64,000 bases of DNA from Eledone cirrhosa (taxonomy: Eukaryota): contig OZ024746.1 in the NCBI GenBank assembly GCA_964016885.1, positions 58,404,001 through 58,468,000 on the forward strand, written 5' to 3'. This document shows, one piece after another, positions 1-12,892 of the stretch. Position 1 is the first letter of the stretch; each line of letters begins with the position of its first letter. Both the position numbers and the translations under genes were made by a program. The notes beneath the pieces were generated by a model, which saw only the letters and a program-made list of their open reading frames with translations, was not told the origin of the DNA and searched no databases.

Positions 1-358
1 AACTTTTCTTTAGTCTAGTGAGAGATTTGATGATTGTGGTAGGGGAATAGTAACCAGAAATTGTGTTTTTTTAATATTTTTAACATTCTTATTTTCTATA
101 TAGATTTACTCCATATAGATCTACTTATTGTTTAGACTCCCCCCCCCCTCCCCCTATTGACCTCTTATCCTTAGGATTCTGCGGTAGTCGTCACTTTCAA
201 CGCACGACTGGGTTTCCTCCACTCCTTCTCCCTCTTTCTTCTACTGGCAAGTTCACCTACCCGTTCCTTCCCAAAAATGCCATGTTAGAATTATGTGTCT
301 CAACAAAAAACTTTTGACAAATCCTTGTGACAATCACTTTTACCATATATGGAATATT

Positions 359-456
359 ATCCCCTGAGAAGCTCGGCTATTCATTTACCAGGATAAAAAT
401 GTTCATTTAGTCCAGAATTAGCCGTCGAAACGGCTTGAGCTCAGCCGACGAGGTCC
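359..456 (+). ncRNA. Degenerate type I hammerhead ribozyme in a family-A PLE-type 3' end (element ends ~470 in TA/AG repeats)
   Basis: CCC-CTGAGAA (decayed CUGANGA), stem II CGGCTATTC/GAATTAGCCG around a long loop, GAAACGGCT-TGAGCTC-AGCCGAC (triplet is GUC in the other copies), then GAGGTC; same family at 29075, 36088, 39841, 60150, 63075. Confidence 0.65.
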
Positions 457-477
457 TACTCGTTCCTATATATATGT

Positions 478-478
<1 letters not shown>

Positions 479-572
<94 letters not shown>
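479..572. repeat. (AG)n microsatellite
   Basis: Direct inspection. Confidence 0.95.
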
Positions 573-573
<1 letters not shown>

Positions 574-617
574 GTAGTAGATTTGTTATATAATGGTCCA
601 CTTCTGTCTTCTGCAGC

Positions 618-767
618 GCTGCAGCAGATTACAGTTTTCAAATATAATCCTTTTTTCATAAGGTTACGTATAAGTTCTCTTTTCAGTACTACATGCAGGG
701 AATGTGCTAATATATCTAGAGTTAAATTTACCTGAGTGTTTGTGATAAAAAGAAACTATCATTATTA
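618..767 (+). mobile_element. Retroelement-like 3' end with ATT tail; inverted copy at 1184-1337
   Basis: CATGCAGGGAATGTGCTAATATATCTAGAGTTAAATTTACCTGAGTGTTTGTGATAAAAAGAAACTATCATTAT is reverse-complemented at ~1184-1257. Confidence 0.6.
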
Positions 768-1178
768 TGGATTGGCAGTATCGGTAGAGAGTCGGACACC
801 ATGCTTTGAAGCATAGAGTTACGTCCCTTTATGATCTGAGTTCAAATCCCGCCGAGGTTAACTTTGCCTTTCATCCTTACGGGGTTGATAAAATAAAGTA
901 CCAGTAATGTACTGGATAATTGCTGGCCTTGTGCCAAAAATAGAAACAATTATTATGGGCGGTGGATTGGCAGTATCGGTGCAAGGTCGGAGGCCATGCT
1001 TTCCGGCATAGTTTCGTTCCTTTACAGTCTGAGTTCAAATCCCGCCGATGTTAAATTTGGCTTTCATCCTGTCGCGGTCGATAAAATAAAGCACCAGTAA
1101 TATATTGTGGTTGATTTAATCGACTTTCCCCTCCCACCAGATACTGGCCGTGTGCCTATACTAGAAATCATTATTATA
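768..1178 (+). mobile_element. Head-to-tail dimer of tRNA-derived SINE (short + long form)
   Basis: Box A-like TGGCAGTATCGG, box B GAGTTCAAATCC, body GCCTTTCATCCTTACGGGGTCGATAAAATAAAGTACCAGT, tail AGAAACAATTATTAT. Confidence 0.9.
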
Positions 1179-1183
1179 CGAGG

Positions 1184-1337
1184 ATAATGATAGTTTCTTT
1201 TTATCACAAACACTCAGGTAAATTTAACTCTAGATATATTAGCACATTCCCTGCATGTTTTACTGAAAACCAAATCCAAATCATAAGTAACGTAACGAAA
1301 ACAGGATTATATTTGAACACTGCAATCTGCTGCAGCA
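1184..1337 (-). mobile_element. Second, inverted copy of the 618-767 element
   Basis: Reverse-complement similarity to 618-767. Confidence 0.6.
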
Positions 1338-1355
1338 CAACAGATCACACAAGTG

Positions 1356-1730
1356 TTGGATTGGCAGTATCGGTAGAGGGTCGCTCGCCACGCTTTGCAG
1401 CAAAGAGTTACGGCCCTTTCATCTTTACGGGGTCGATAAAATAAAGTACCAGTAATGTACTGTGTAATTGCTGGTCTTGTGCCAAAAGTAGAAACAATTA
1501 TTATACGAGCATAATAGGTGGTGGATTGGCAGTATCGGGAGAGGGTCGGGCGCTATGCTTTACAACATAGTGTTATGATGTGAGTTCAAATCCCGCCGTG
1601 GTTAACTTTACCTTTTATTCTTAAAGTGTTGCTAAAATAAAGTACCAGGCAGGAACTGGGGTCGATATAATCGTCTTTCCCTCCCCCTAAAATTACCGGC
1701 CTCGTGCCTATATAAGAAACAATTATTATA
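1356..1730 (+). mobile_element. Second SINE dimer (first unit internally deleted)
   Basis: Same motifs as 768-1178. Confidence 0.85.
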
Positions 1731-2786
1731 CGAGGATAAGAGGGCGTTGTATTGGAAAACTCAGTAGAGCTTCGGAAAAGTAATCTTATTGTCATTGACT
1801 CTATAATATTCCACATTAATTCTATATATATAATTCTTCCCTCTATTTCTCAACACACATCTTCCTTCACCTTTTCTTGTTGCTTTTTCATTCATCTCCA
1901 TTTACTCATTTATCATATACGAATCCTACTCCCTTCCTTTCTCTCTCCCTATCTCTCCCTATCATTCACACTCTCTCTATAAATCTGCTACATCTCTAAT
2001 TCCTTTCTTTAACGTATTTTCTTCTTATATCTCTCCAATTACACACCTTATGTTTCATTCCTCACTCTTTGTCCCATCCTTCTCTAGATTTCATTATCTG
2101 TTTAGCTAACTGATTTGTGATTTCGGCGTAAATCTCCCTCATCATTCATTCCGTTTATCTCATCCCACCAACCTAATATTGATGTGGGATTATATCGGGA
2201 TGACGGATATATGATGTTCAATATTGCTATAGGGGATGAAGCTGAAACCACCGGCATTCGAATAATTGCAATATTCTATGTATGGTAACTGAGGACAACA
2301 AACGAAATGACATATACAAAGATAATCGCACTTCACGGTACACTTAACCTAAATTGTATAACGCAACAGGTTAACCTGTTTGATATCAAACAAGCTGAAA
2401 TCATGTATGTTTATATTCATCTAAAAAGCTTCACTGATAATGGTATATAGGAAACTTATTAAATTATATTTTAATCCCCAGTTTTGTAATTAGAATAGCT
2501 CAATACATAGTTGTGATAGTTTGTCTTGCCTTCTACTCTATCTCTTTTTGTGTAATGAATTCTTGTTCCACACATACTGCCTTACTTCTGATATTATGTG
2601 TTTTACATCTCTTTCGTTTATCAATTGCTTTCTCTCTGTCTATTGCTATATACTTCTCTTGTATAGCCTCACTCGCTTTCAGTCTCTTCTATGTGTTCGC
2701 ATGAGGAACGTTTTCTCTACCCGATGCAATTACGTTTCCCTTTGTTATCTATATCACCACCACCTCACTCTCTTTCTCTCTCTCCC

Positions 2787-2842
<56 letters not shown>

Positions 2843-2845
<3 letters not shown>

Positions 2846-3112
2846 TTTATGCCGGGTTCAATCGGGGGGTAACCACAATAAGTAAGGTACTTAATACAAA
2901 GCAGAGTATAAATATTTAATAATGAAAAGGCTTCTACAGGATTAGAACTGTTTCATTTGGGAGAAATCATCAGGAAGCGTTCTGAGGATTTCTGCCGAAT
3001 GAAACATTTCTAGTCCTGTAGAAGTCTTTTCATTATTAAATATGTATACTCTGCTTTGTATTAAGTACCTTACTTATTGTGGTTACCCTCCGATTGAACC
3101 CGGCATAAACTT
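2843..3112. mobile_element. Family F fold-back palindrome inserted in (TA)n, with an HHR on each arm
   Basis: Arms AAGTTTATGCCGGGTTCAATCGG... and ...CCGATTGAACCCGGCATAAACTT; centre ~2977; TA tracts on both sides. Confidence 0.85.
2930..2978 (-). ncRNA. Type I hammerhead ribozyme motif (family F)
   Basis: Minus strand GCTTC-CTGATGA-TTTCTCCCAAAT-GAAACAG-TTCTAATC-CTGTA^GAAGC: stem I GCTTC/GAAGC, stem III ACAG/CTGT, GUA triplet; stem II is weak. Confidence 0.75.
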
Positions 3113-3207
3113 ATATATATATATATATTATATATATTGGAACATATCGTTTAGTTTTCATTTAAACAATAATTCGTACATCAAAAGATATTTCATTAAC
3201 AAGAAAA

Positions 3208-3248
<41 letters not shown>

Positions 3249-3436
3249 TGACGAATGAGATGGGTGCAAGGAAATAATTCAATACAGCTGACGTTCTTGG
3301 GAAGAAGGGCAGAGATGAGTGCAGGATGTTGGGCGTTAAAACTCCTATGGGTGATTAAAGGAGGAAAGACGAGTGAAATGGATATGCATGAGTGACGGTG
3401 ACATGTCAACCATCTCCAGGAAAGCAGATGTCATAG

Positions 3437-4165
3437 CAATAGCGGTAAGGATGAAATCCAGAGGCAGCCTGTCAGTGACATTATTCCAATATGACGAGTG
3501 GCCGTTTTTTCTAGATGTAGTATAGGATAATATGGTTTTTGCGTAAAAAACATCGGCTGGAAATGCTTCTTTGCATACATCGCGTGATTGACTGGTGAAA
3601 GGGAGGTAATTCGATCTGACGCGAAGAAGGTGTGCATCAATGAAAGCATATACAATATGTTTATGTATATTAAAAATACAAGAATCTCCATATGCTACTT
3701 TCTAAGCTGTAATCATTTCCCAGCTAACGGTGAAAAGGTCACATATTTCTGTATATTTGATTGGGAAATTGTCATTGAGGAAGGATACAAACTGAGAAAA
3801 AAGTTATCTGATATTCCCACCGCCAATGAGATAGGCATGATATGATTACTGCTTATATAAAATTCGTTTTGATACTTTAGCATGTTTATTATACATAAAC
3901 ATAAGTATATTCTTTCATATACACACCTATGATAAACCAGGCTATGTTATTACCATTTCTAATTACCTCCCTTTCACCAGTAAAGTTCACAATGCATACA
4001 AATGAGCATCTTCAGTCGAAGTTTCGTACGCAAAACCTTATCAGACGCAACCAAATTCCTCGCGGTAGCGAGAGAGTAAATGTCATTGATGACGGGTCAA
4101 GATCTATAAATAGCTAGCTGTCATTCTCACCTCTACTCTGTTTACTTTAACATTATCACCGCTTA
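3437..4165. mobile_element. Old, diverged fold-back/MITE-like element
   Basis: ACTGGTGAAAGGGAGGTAATT (~3591) pairs with AATTACCTCCCTTTCACCAGT (~3961); weaker complementarity extends on both sides. Confidence 0.6.
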
Positions 4166-4694
4166 TTAAAAAAAATCCTCAGCGAGACCCTTGTTTGTTT
4201 TTTACTCATAAATACATTTTACTCATAAATTCATGCACACCTGTATGATGACACACATAATTATTCCACTTTAAACAGTAATATGGGACGTTTGTATGTG
4301 TCGCAAGTGGAAGTTCCAGATGTGGGAGAGCAGCTCCTTTGTTGGTTTTAGATGAACATTGCTTTGAGTTAGATTATTCTGTAGGGCTGTGTATTTTGTA
4401 CATCTGATGTGAAAAAGCAATGCGTTAGATGCAATTATATCCCACATTTAGGATGTGCGTTCGCCATGAGAGACACTTAGGGAGATTTAGCATAGTATTT
4501 GATTTATAGCAAACGGAAATACACTTCTAATTGTGTGCAATTCATGTTTTAATTCCATACACATACAATTGCATTCAACAAAGCAAATTAACAATGACAA
4601 TGAAATTGAATAAGATTTTTCACTGATTTGGTTTCCTAATTCGGCTGGTTTGCAGATTTGCAGGAGCTAAGTTTTAAATTTAAATAGTTTAGAT

Positions 4695-5007
4695 CAGAGG
4701 TGTGCAAAATATTCCTTTGGCGGGCCGCTTTTGAACAACTATTAGGGCCATTAATATTTATTAAGCACTATTCCAAAGATTCACCAAAACTTCTTTCCAT
4801 AACATGGAACTGGAATGAAAAATTATAACACATAACCCTATGAATGAAGCTATTTAGTATTGGTCAACTAACAGAAAATTGTATTACGGTTATGAAAAAA
4901 ATGCTAAATAAGCCTACAGGGTAAACATTAAAACGGTCATCGCGGGCCACTCTGACTTGTCTGGCGGGCTGCATTGTGGCCCACGGGCCGCCTATTGCAT
5001 CCCCGTG
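4695..5007. mobile_element. Non-autonomous hAT (Charlie-type) element
   Basis: Perfect 8-bp TSD GTTTAGAT (4687-4694, 5008-5015), imperfect TIRs CAGAGGTGTGCAA/TTGCATCCCCGTG, subterminal GCGGGCC repeats. Confidence 0.85.
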
Positions 5008-5270
5008 GTTTAGATAATCCTATTAATGTGGAAGTACCACGTTATAACACAAAAAAGCAAAATGTCCAAGAACACTCTATTTCTCTCTCTCTCTTCACAC
5101 ACATACGGAATATAATCGTGTTTAAAATAATATATTTATGCAGAGTTGTATATATCATGTACCAAAAATTGTCAACTTAATCAATAGTTATGTTAGTTGG
5201 TATCTATATAGAAATATTCCATGATAATTCTATATAAGCACTTCTAAGTAATGTTGCAAACACGAACATA

Positions 5271-5768
5271 ATAATCAGAATAATACTTCTGAATTCTTGT
5301 ATATTCTCAAAATGATAGGAAGTGTTTCAAATTACAAATATGCTACAACATTTTTTAAAGTGGAAACGACACGTGTGACGAAAACATCTATAACGTCAAA
5401 TTTGCAATCCAGTATCAAAGTTAGAAGCCATGATGACATTTTTAAAGCTTCGCAAAATATTTCATAATTTATGAAATTTAAATAGTTATATACCAATACC
5501 CTTACTACCTATCTTATATATAATCAAAATAATACTTATGAATTCTTGTATATCCCCAAAATGATAGGAAGTGTTTCAAATTACTAATATGCAACAGGAT
5601 TGTTTAAAGTGGAAACAACACGTACGTCGGATACATCTCTAACGTCAAATTTGTGATCCAGTGTCAAATAAAGAAGCCATGGTGACATTTTTAAGGCTTC
5701 GCAAAACATTTGATAATTTATAAAATTCAAATAGTTATATACCAATACACTTACTACCTACCTTATAT
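5271..5768. repeat. Tandem duplication, two diverged ~249-bp units
   Basis: ATAATCAGAATAATACTT...TTACTACCTATCTTATAT repeated from ~5520. Confidence 0.85.
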
Positions 5769-6199
5769 TATTCCAAGGAACAAATATCTATTTTCAATTA
5801 TTATTATTTTTTTTTTGTTATTTATAAATTTCATTCTTTGTTTTGGTTGTTCAGTTTTTTTTTCTGTTAGAATGTAATCTTCCATCGTGACGTCTGGTAA
5901 AAAAAATTGTTTCTATACATAATTTGTTACTCGAATGTGTTTTTCTATGTTTTTTTATTTTGTTCGTTTATTTTATCTTTTTCTTTTTCTGCTTCCTCTT
6001 ATATTCTCTATGTCTTTCCTATTTCAATCGACAACCATTGTCGCCATAGTAACTGATGGTATACAGATCATAATGGAACTGATAATCGACATGAAGAGAT
6101 AAAGATGCGCCATAAAAACAGCTACCTTAGTACTTAATGGTTTTACTCTTGTAGTTTCTAGTTTCATAATGTTTCCTTACTGTTTAGTATTATTACTGT

Positions 6200-7190
6200 T
6201 TATCGTGGTGATGGTGGTGTTAGTGGTGGTGCTGCTGGTGGTATTGATGGGGGTGAGGTGGTGCTTGTATTCGTGGTGGTGGTGATGGTCGTGGTGGTAG
6301 TGGTTGTGGAACTGACTGTTCAACTGTAAATGGGAGTGCTGTTGCTAGTGGTAGTGATGTTGTTAGTGTTGGTGCTGGTCTTGGTGGTGGTGCTAATGGT
6401 GGGGTTGTTGTTGGTGGTTGTGGTGGTAGTGGTGGTGGTAATGCGTGTGCTTGTTGATGTGGTGTTGTGAAGGTGGTGGTGTTGGTTTTGGTGGTGGTGG
6501 TGGTGGTGGTGGTCATGGTCGTGGTAGTGGTGATGGTGGTGGTGGTCTTGGTGGTTTTGGTGATGGTGGTTGTGGTGGTCTTGGTGGTCTTGGTGGTGGT
6601 ATTGGTGGTGGTGGTGGGCGTATCGGTGGGGGTAGTTGTGCTGGCGGTGGTGTCGGTGGTTCTGGCGGTAGTGGTAGTGGTTTGGTGGTGATACTGGTGG
6701 TGATAGTGGTACTGGGGTGCTACTTGAAATGGGACTGCTGTTCCTAATGGTAGGAATATGTTTAGTGTTGGTGGTGTTGGTGGTATTGGTGGTGGTTTTC
6801 GGGATAGGGATGATAGTCGTTGTCGTGGTGGTTGCGGCGCTGGTGCTTCTGTTGGAACTGGCCGTGCTGGCAATTGTTATGGTGGTAGTGATTGTGGTCG
6901 TGGTCATGATGGTTGTAGTTGAGGTGACAGTCCTGGTGATGTTTTAACAGTAGTATTGCAGATGTTGGTGGGGGTGATGGTGATGGTGATGGTGATGATG
7001 GTGGTACTGGTGTTGGTGCTGAAGGTGATGTTGATGGTGGTAGTCATCGTAGTGGTCATGCTGTTCGTGATGACGGCGGCAACAGTGGCGGTAGTGATGG
7101 TAGTAGTGGTGGTGATCGTAGTGGTAGTGCTGATGATAAATATGATGATTATTATTGTGGTGGTAATTGTGCTGGAGGAGTGTTATAGTT
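6200..7190. repeat. (GGT/GTT/GAT)n low-complexity tract
   Basis: Trinucleotide composition; produces spurious poly-T/V/H/G ORFs. Confidence 0.9.
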
Positions 7191-7366
7191 GTTAGAATGA
7201 GGTAGAGTCCGACATAAATGCTGTATGCGTTTTAATTATGTCACTACACACTGTGGACTCGAATCACACTGAGATCGATTGTATTTCTTCCATCCACGGT
7301 TTAAGAGAATCAGAAAAGAAACTACATGCAATAGCAACATTTCAATTCTTTTTTCATTCCATTATA

Positions 7367-7750
7367 ATTGGCAGTTTCGGTAGAAGGTCGGACGCCATGA
7401 TTTGCAGCAAAGAATTACGGCCCTTTATGGTGTGAATTCAAACCTGCCAAGGTTAACTTTGCCTTTCATCCTTACGGGGTCGATAAAATAAAGTACTAGT
7501 AATACACTGGGATAATTGCTAGCATTGTGCCAAAAAGTAGAAACAATTATATAGCTAAGGCGGTGGTTTGGCAGTACCGGTAGAGCTTCAGACACCATGC
7601 TTTGTAGCACAACGTTTTGGCTCTTTACGTTCTGAGTTAAAATCCCGCCGACTTTAACTTTGCCTTACATCCTTATAAGATCGATAAAATAAAGCACAGT
7701 AATGCACTGGGATAATTGCTGGTCTTGTGTCAAAAGTGAAACAATTATAT
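7367..7750 (+). mobile_element. tRNA-derived SINE dimer
   Basis: Two consecutive units of the 768-type SINE. Confidence 0.85.
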
Positions 7751-8214
7751 GCCTAATGAGATAGAGAAAATCTAGAACAGAGGTAAGAAAATCCTCCCCG
7801 CATTCATCTAGTGGTCACTCCTCAACACCATACGAAATACAATTTAATCCTTGATAGCTGACGGAGTTAAAGGAAAGAATTGATCAATATAAGAATGGTT
7901 TCATTCGCCATAATATTTGCCGGTCGCAACTCCTAGCAGAACTAGCAATGTCAGATAATGTATTTTGCTCAAGGACACAACGTACCAACTGGTGAATGAA
8001 ACAGCTTCACCATGTTATTATCGTAAATCAAACACTAGACATTATTCTAGGTACCAACATTAAACAGTTAATGTATGTGATATACCTATGACTTTGTAAA
8101 ATTTAAATAAAAATTATTTTCATAGTACAGAGCACTGTCACGTTTCACTTCATCTCTAGTAATAGGAATAAAACGTTTCACTACCTCTGCTATAGACAGG
8201 GGTAACTAAACGCT

Positions 8215-8450
8215 ACGAAGTGTTTTACTTGGGCAAGACTCTTTATTTCACGTTGCCTTATTTCATTCACTTAGAAAACCTGACATGCGTCAAAACAGGT
8301 GCTAATCTGTATCACTATTTGCCTTTCTCTTGGACAAAACCGATGACGTAGCGAAGGGACGCTTTCATGCATAAGTGACTGTTGGTCTTTCGTAAAATAT
8401 CCCACCAAGTCCCGGGTTTCGGAGTGGCAGAACTATAGTCAGTTAATCTT
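8215..8450 (+). mobile_element. Decayed CORE-type SINE
   Basis: CTTGGGCAAGACTCTTTATTTCACGTTGC matches the core of 44489-44813. Confidence 0.45.
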
Positions 8451-11324
8451 TTAAGCAAATTACATGACCATTGGGCCTGTTTCTTATTCAACTTACAGAA
8501 TCTTTACAATTCCGTTTCAATAAAAACATGATTAGCGACACCTTATAGCGTCGGATAGATTAAATAATTCGGTAATTGTTCCAGTTTTTGTCCATTAAGT
8601 TCAAATATTGATAAAGTGATCCCTTCCAGCGAAGTGGTGTCGGAGATTGGGAGAAATCGGACAGGAAATTTTGGGTAATCATATATGGCTCTGTGTCGTC
8701 CGAGTTCAAATTTGGCGAGAGGGTGCGATAGGCAGATAATACGATCAATATAAAGACCCATGGAAACATGTTCCGTACTCCAAACTGATGATCTGTTCCT
8801 TTTTTGACGTTTGTGTACAAACAATATAGTCATTTAATTTAACAGGGACGTTGCCCATTTTTGTAAGGAGAAATAAGTATTATCAGAGATTTTTAGAAAT
8901 GTGTAAAGCATCCTGTCGCCTTTATAATAAATGGCCTGGTTTGATCTTGGTTGCTGAATATTAAGTAATACAAGGACAAAAGGACTTTACATGCAATGGA
9001 TTCAGCAACTTATTTAATAAGAGAAGTGAATCCTACACACTTATCATTCGCCTGCATTTATGCAATATCGAATTCGATATATAAATACAGTATAAGGCTG
9101 TATTCAATATCCTACACACTGCAATGCAATGGTATTTAAATGCTTCTAAAGTGTGTTTGCTTTAGTATGTTATGCTGTAATCAAGGATCTGAATGACTTA
9201 TCAATCTCAGACATGGTGACTCCAGTTTAATTAAAGACATTTGAAGAAGGTTATATATTAAATGCCTTCAAGTGTAAGTGCATACAATTATACAGAGGTG
9301 AGATGGAGGTCACTGCATTTGTCACAAAACAATCAACATTAATTCCCTGCTTCCTGGAAGGATATGATAAAATAGAATGGTAATATTTCTAGTTGCAATG
9401 TTACACTATTGTGCCTTGACAGAAGCATAGTATAATGACAATCATCTTAACCACATGAAATATACTGCCTACATGCTTGAATTAAATTTGAAAATAATAA
9501 CAAATGGTGAGGTATTTACTTATAGTAAGGTGTTGGTTGAATCAAGTCTTAAGACTTTTTTTACATAAGATTATTATGAAAATACTTTTTATACATACAT
9601 AGAAACCCTTTAACACTTTTGTTGCCAAATTCCAATGATTTTCAATAATGTTGTTTATAATCAAGAATATAGAGGTGTTAAGTAACATAGCACCCGTTAT
9701 TAAAGGTCTTGCATAAAGTTATGATGGCAGATTGTTAGATGAATAGAAACACATTAAAATTAAAAAAAATATTTATTACCACAGTATGAGTTTTCAAACG
9801 AGTTCATTGCAAAAAGCTAAAATACTGCTAATTAACAGCATTTATGTACGCTTTTTTTTCTAAATACCGCTGCGTTCTTGCTATAGTTAATTAAATTATT
9901 AATACTACCAAGGAATTATAAACACTTTATTTGTGAACAACATTTAGTAATACGCTTGTTGCACGTCACTAGGCGTTGCCAGGAAATATTACGAACACGG
10001 ATTTGAATAATTTGTATTCTTATTTATTTACTCGGTAGGTCTAGACAAGGGTCTCCATATTTAGTTCATATAGACCCCAAGCGATGAATAGCGATTTCGC
10101 AGGGGTGAATATATATTTAGGGTCCGTAAAATGTGTATTTACTAGCTTACATTTATTATCAGAAAATAAATATCACCTTTTACCTAGAATTCTAATAGTT
10201 TGATGTATTATACATTGTTAGATTTGTTGGTGTAAAGTGAAATATATGCTGAGAAGATAGTTAAATCTGCAGATAACGAATCAGACAACAATGTAGGTGG
10301 AAATCTATTTAATAATTAAACAACCAAAAACCTGAAGAATTTACAAGAACTGATAATGTACATGGTCTCCACCGGAAATAATACTACCTATCACGTATAA
10401 ATCTGAAGTCGTATGAACATAATTTCGTTTTATGTGAGTGAATATAATATGCGTTTATCATTATGTACATTCACAAACGGTAACCAAGATGGACATATGT
10501 GGTAGAAGACCGCAGTATATTTTATCATCTGTATTAGTATTTTTTCACAAGATATCTCATGAGAGCCGTACATGTCACCAAATGCATTATCAAAGTTTAT
10601 AGGTATGAATGGACTCATTTGTTTGGATAAAGTGCTCCCCTCTTTACGTGTTATGCCGAAGCTTTATAATAGACAGAGTAAATGAGATAGATATTGATGT
10701 GACCGCAAGAGTTTACTGACCGATGCAGTTATTCATAAAATTCATAGCAAACAGGAAAGGTGCAGATATCACAACTCCACTTGATACATTGGTCATACAT
10801 ATACGACTCCGTTCCAACCAGCTCAGCATACACTGACTACATGGCACATTTCCAATGTACTTTCTAAAACGTACCTTAAATGAAATTATTCGACAAAGTA
10901 AAAAAAATGATACAACTAGTGTTTGCCAGTTTGCTCGGTCTCTTAGAAATAACAACCAAGTTCTCTTCAAATAACACCGGATTCAAATAAACTCAAGACA
11001 TTAGTTGAGTTGGTGATGCATAAGTTTAGACACCATTGAGCGCCGCCAAGATAAGAATTGTCCTGACATCTCCAATAAGATTTCAATAGGATTGAATGGA
11101 TCAGAGAATGAATATATACACATATGAGATGGTCAACTCACTGACGCTTTGGACATTACAATTATACTGGATCCGGATTGCACTGTACTAAAGGAGTTAC
11201 GAGAAGACAACAATAACAACAACAGTTAAAAATATATTTTAGCTAGTAGACTATACAAATACTAATCACTATATATATATATAAGTGTGCGTGCGTCACA
11301 CACAAATACGTATACATATATATA

Positions 11325-11401
11325 CTCTCAAGCGTGAAACTAAAAACCATATCATTTGTACTCTACCTCTCTGTTTTTTTTCCTCTGTTCATTTATTAAA
11401 C
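11325..11401 (+). mobile_element. Short 3' terminus related to the Neptune-like PLE end at ~18205-18270
   Basis: Shared AGCGTGAAA..TTGTACT..CCTCTCTGTTTT..CTGTTCA, running into TA. Confidence 0.45.
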
Positions 11402-11415
11402 TATATATATATATA

Positions 11416-12452
11416 TTGTTATGCTTTGGGAGGGTCATGTTGCCAATAAGAAACACACGCAACAGTTACTTTCACTTCAATTTATTATAAATTAAATTTA
11501 TAAATTTAGGAATTTATAAATTTCCGGTTGGTTGGTTCCACAGCCAGACGATTGTTCATATATTGTCAAACTTCTTTCGTCACACATTCTGTGACCTCTT
11601 CTGGGGATTCTTTTCTTTGTTTTTGTGCCTCTCCTTCGTTCTGTCCTTGTCCTACGCCATCTTCTTTTGTGTGTGTTGTGTGCTTAGTTTGTGCATGTGT
11701 TACATCCGGGTGTCTGTGTGAGTTTATATTTTATTTATTTATTTGTTTATTTACATGTTACTGGTTGGTTGTTTGTTCTATGTGTGTGTGTGTGTTTTCA
11801 TTTTGTCCTTAATTGTAAGTTGTGATGTTGCTGTTCCATTCATGTTTTCTATTTAAATTTGTTTGGAGTTCGTTTATGTTTATTGCCTCTGTGATTTGTC
11901 TAAACATTGCGACTTTTCAATAGGCAATAAACATAAACGAACTCCAACCAAAATTAAATAGAAAACATAAATGGAACAGCACCATCACAACTTACAATTA
12001 AGGACAAATGAAAACACACACACACATAGAACAAACAACCAACCAGTAACATGTAAATAAACAAATAAATAAACAAATATAAACACAGACATACACCCGG
12101 ATGTAACACATGCGCAAACTAAGTACACAGCACACACAAAAGCAAGATGGCGTAGGACAGAACAAATGAGAGGCACAAAAACAAAGAAAATAATCCCCAG
12201 TCACTGAAGAGGTCACAGAATGTGTGACGAAAGAACGTTGACAATATATGAACAATCGTCTGGTTGTGGAACCAACCAACCAGAAATTTATAAATTCCTA
12301 AGTTTATAAATTTAATTTATAATAAATTGAAGTGAAAGTAACTGGTGCGTAGTGTTTCTTATTGGCAACATGACCCTCCCAAAGCATAACAATATCGCTT
12401 TCAACACACGTTTTCAGATAAAGAATCTTGCTAAACAAATTCAGAAACGAAA
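11416..12452. mobile_element. Inverted pair of Nematis-like PLE 3' ends (pseudo-LTR palindrome) in (TA)n
   Basis: 11416-~11915 (-) mirrors ~11920-12395 (+); junction lies in the end of the GIY-YIG ORF (homologous to 59586-59700); right arm has an extra 3' extension. Confidence 0.9.
12199..12243 (+). ncRNA. Minimal HHR motif with mutated cleavage triplet
   Basis: AGTCA-CTGAAGA-G-GTCAC-AGAATGT-GTGAC-GAAAGAAC-GT-TGAC; intact homologue at 59376-59420. Confidence 0.7.
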
Positions 12453-12505
12453 TATATATATATATATATAATATGAGATCAAAAGATGGTTAAAAGAGTT
12501 CCATG

Positions 12506-12576
12506 TATTTTATTATGCGCATTTCAAAAACAAATATCATCCTGAGATGACATTTGCGTTTTCGTCAGATAAAATA
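12506..12576 (-). ncRNA. Type I hammerhead ribozyme (family C), intact core
   Basis: TATTTTAT-CTGACGA-AAACGCAAATGTCATC-TCAG-GATGATATTTGTTTTT-GAAATGCGCATA^ATAAAATA; perfect 8-bp stem I and palindromic stem III ATGCGCAT. Confidence 0.85.
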
Positions 12577-12700
12577 GGGAGGCATTGAGATGAAGGTTAA
12601 AAAACACTTGTGAATAGTGCAGTTTTAAATCAGCATATCATATATTGATTTAAAACTGCACTATTCACAAGTGTTTTTTAACCTTCATATTATGTCTCCC

Positions 12701-12771
12701 TATTTTATCTGACGAAAACGCAAATGTCATCTCATGATGATATTTGTTTTTGAAATGCGCATATTAAAATA
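12701..12771 (+). ncRNA. Type I hammerhead ribozyme (family C), opposite arm
   Basis: Same fold with one stem I mismatch next to the cleavage site. Confidence 0.8.
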
Positions 12772-12892
12772 CATGGAACTCTTTTAACCATCTTTTGATC
12801 TTATATTATTTATACTCCAGTCCCACAAACTGTAGAGTGCCACTTATCCGATATCTGCATTGCTTTATTGTACTACAATAAAACTCACCTCC

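Noticed and set aside
768-1730. Regularly recurring repeats suggesting a CRISPR array or tRNA cluster
   Set aside because: They are SINE copies with pol III boxes but no cloverleaf; eukaryotic context, no spacers or cas genes
6220-7195. Thr/Pro/His-rich mucin-like ORFs
   Set aside because: Trinucleotide low complexity, open on both strands
8543-8833. Two overlapping minus-strand ORFs in non-repetitive DNA
   Set aside because: No recognisable homology or convincing splice signals
10045-10375. Possible decayed hAT MITE
   Set aside because: No second TIR or TSD could be located
10430-11110. Short ORFs, including a WSCDICTF zinc-finger-like word
   Set aside because: Frames are short, stop-bounded and lack the rest of the motif
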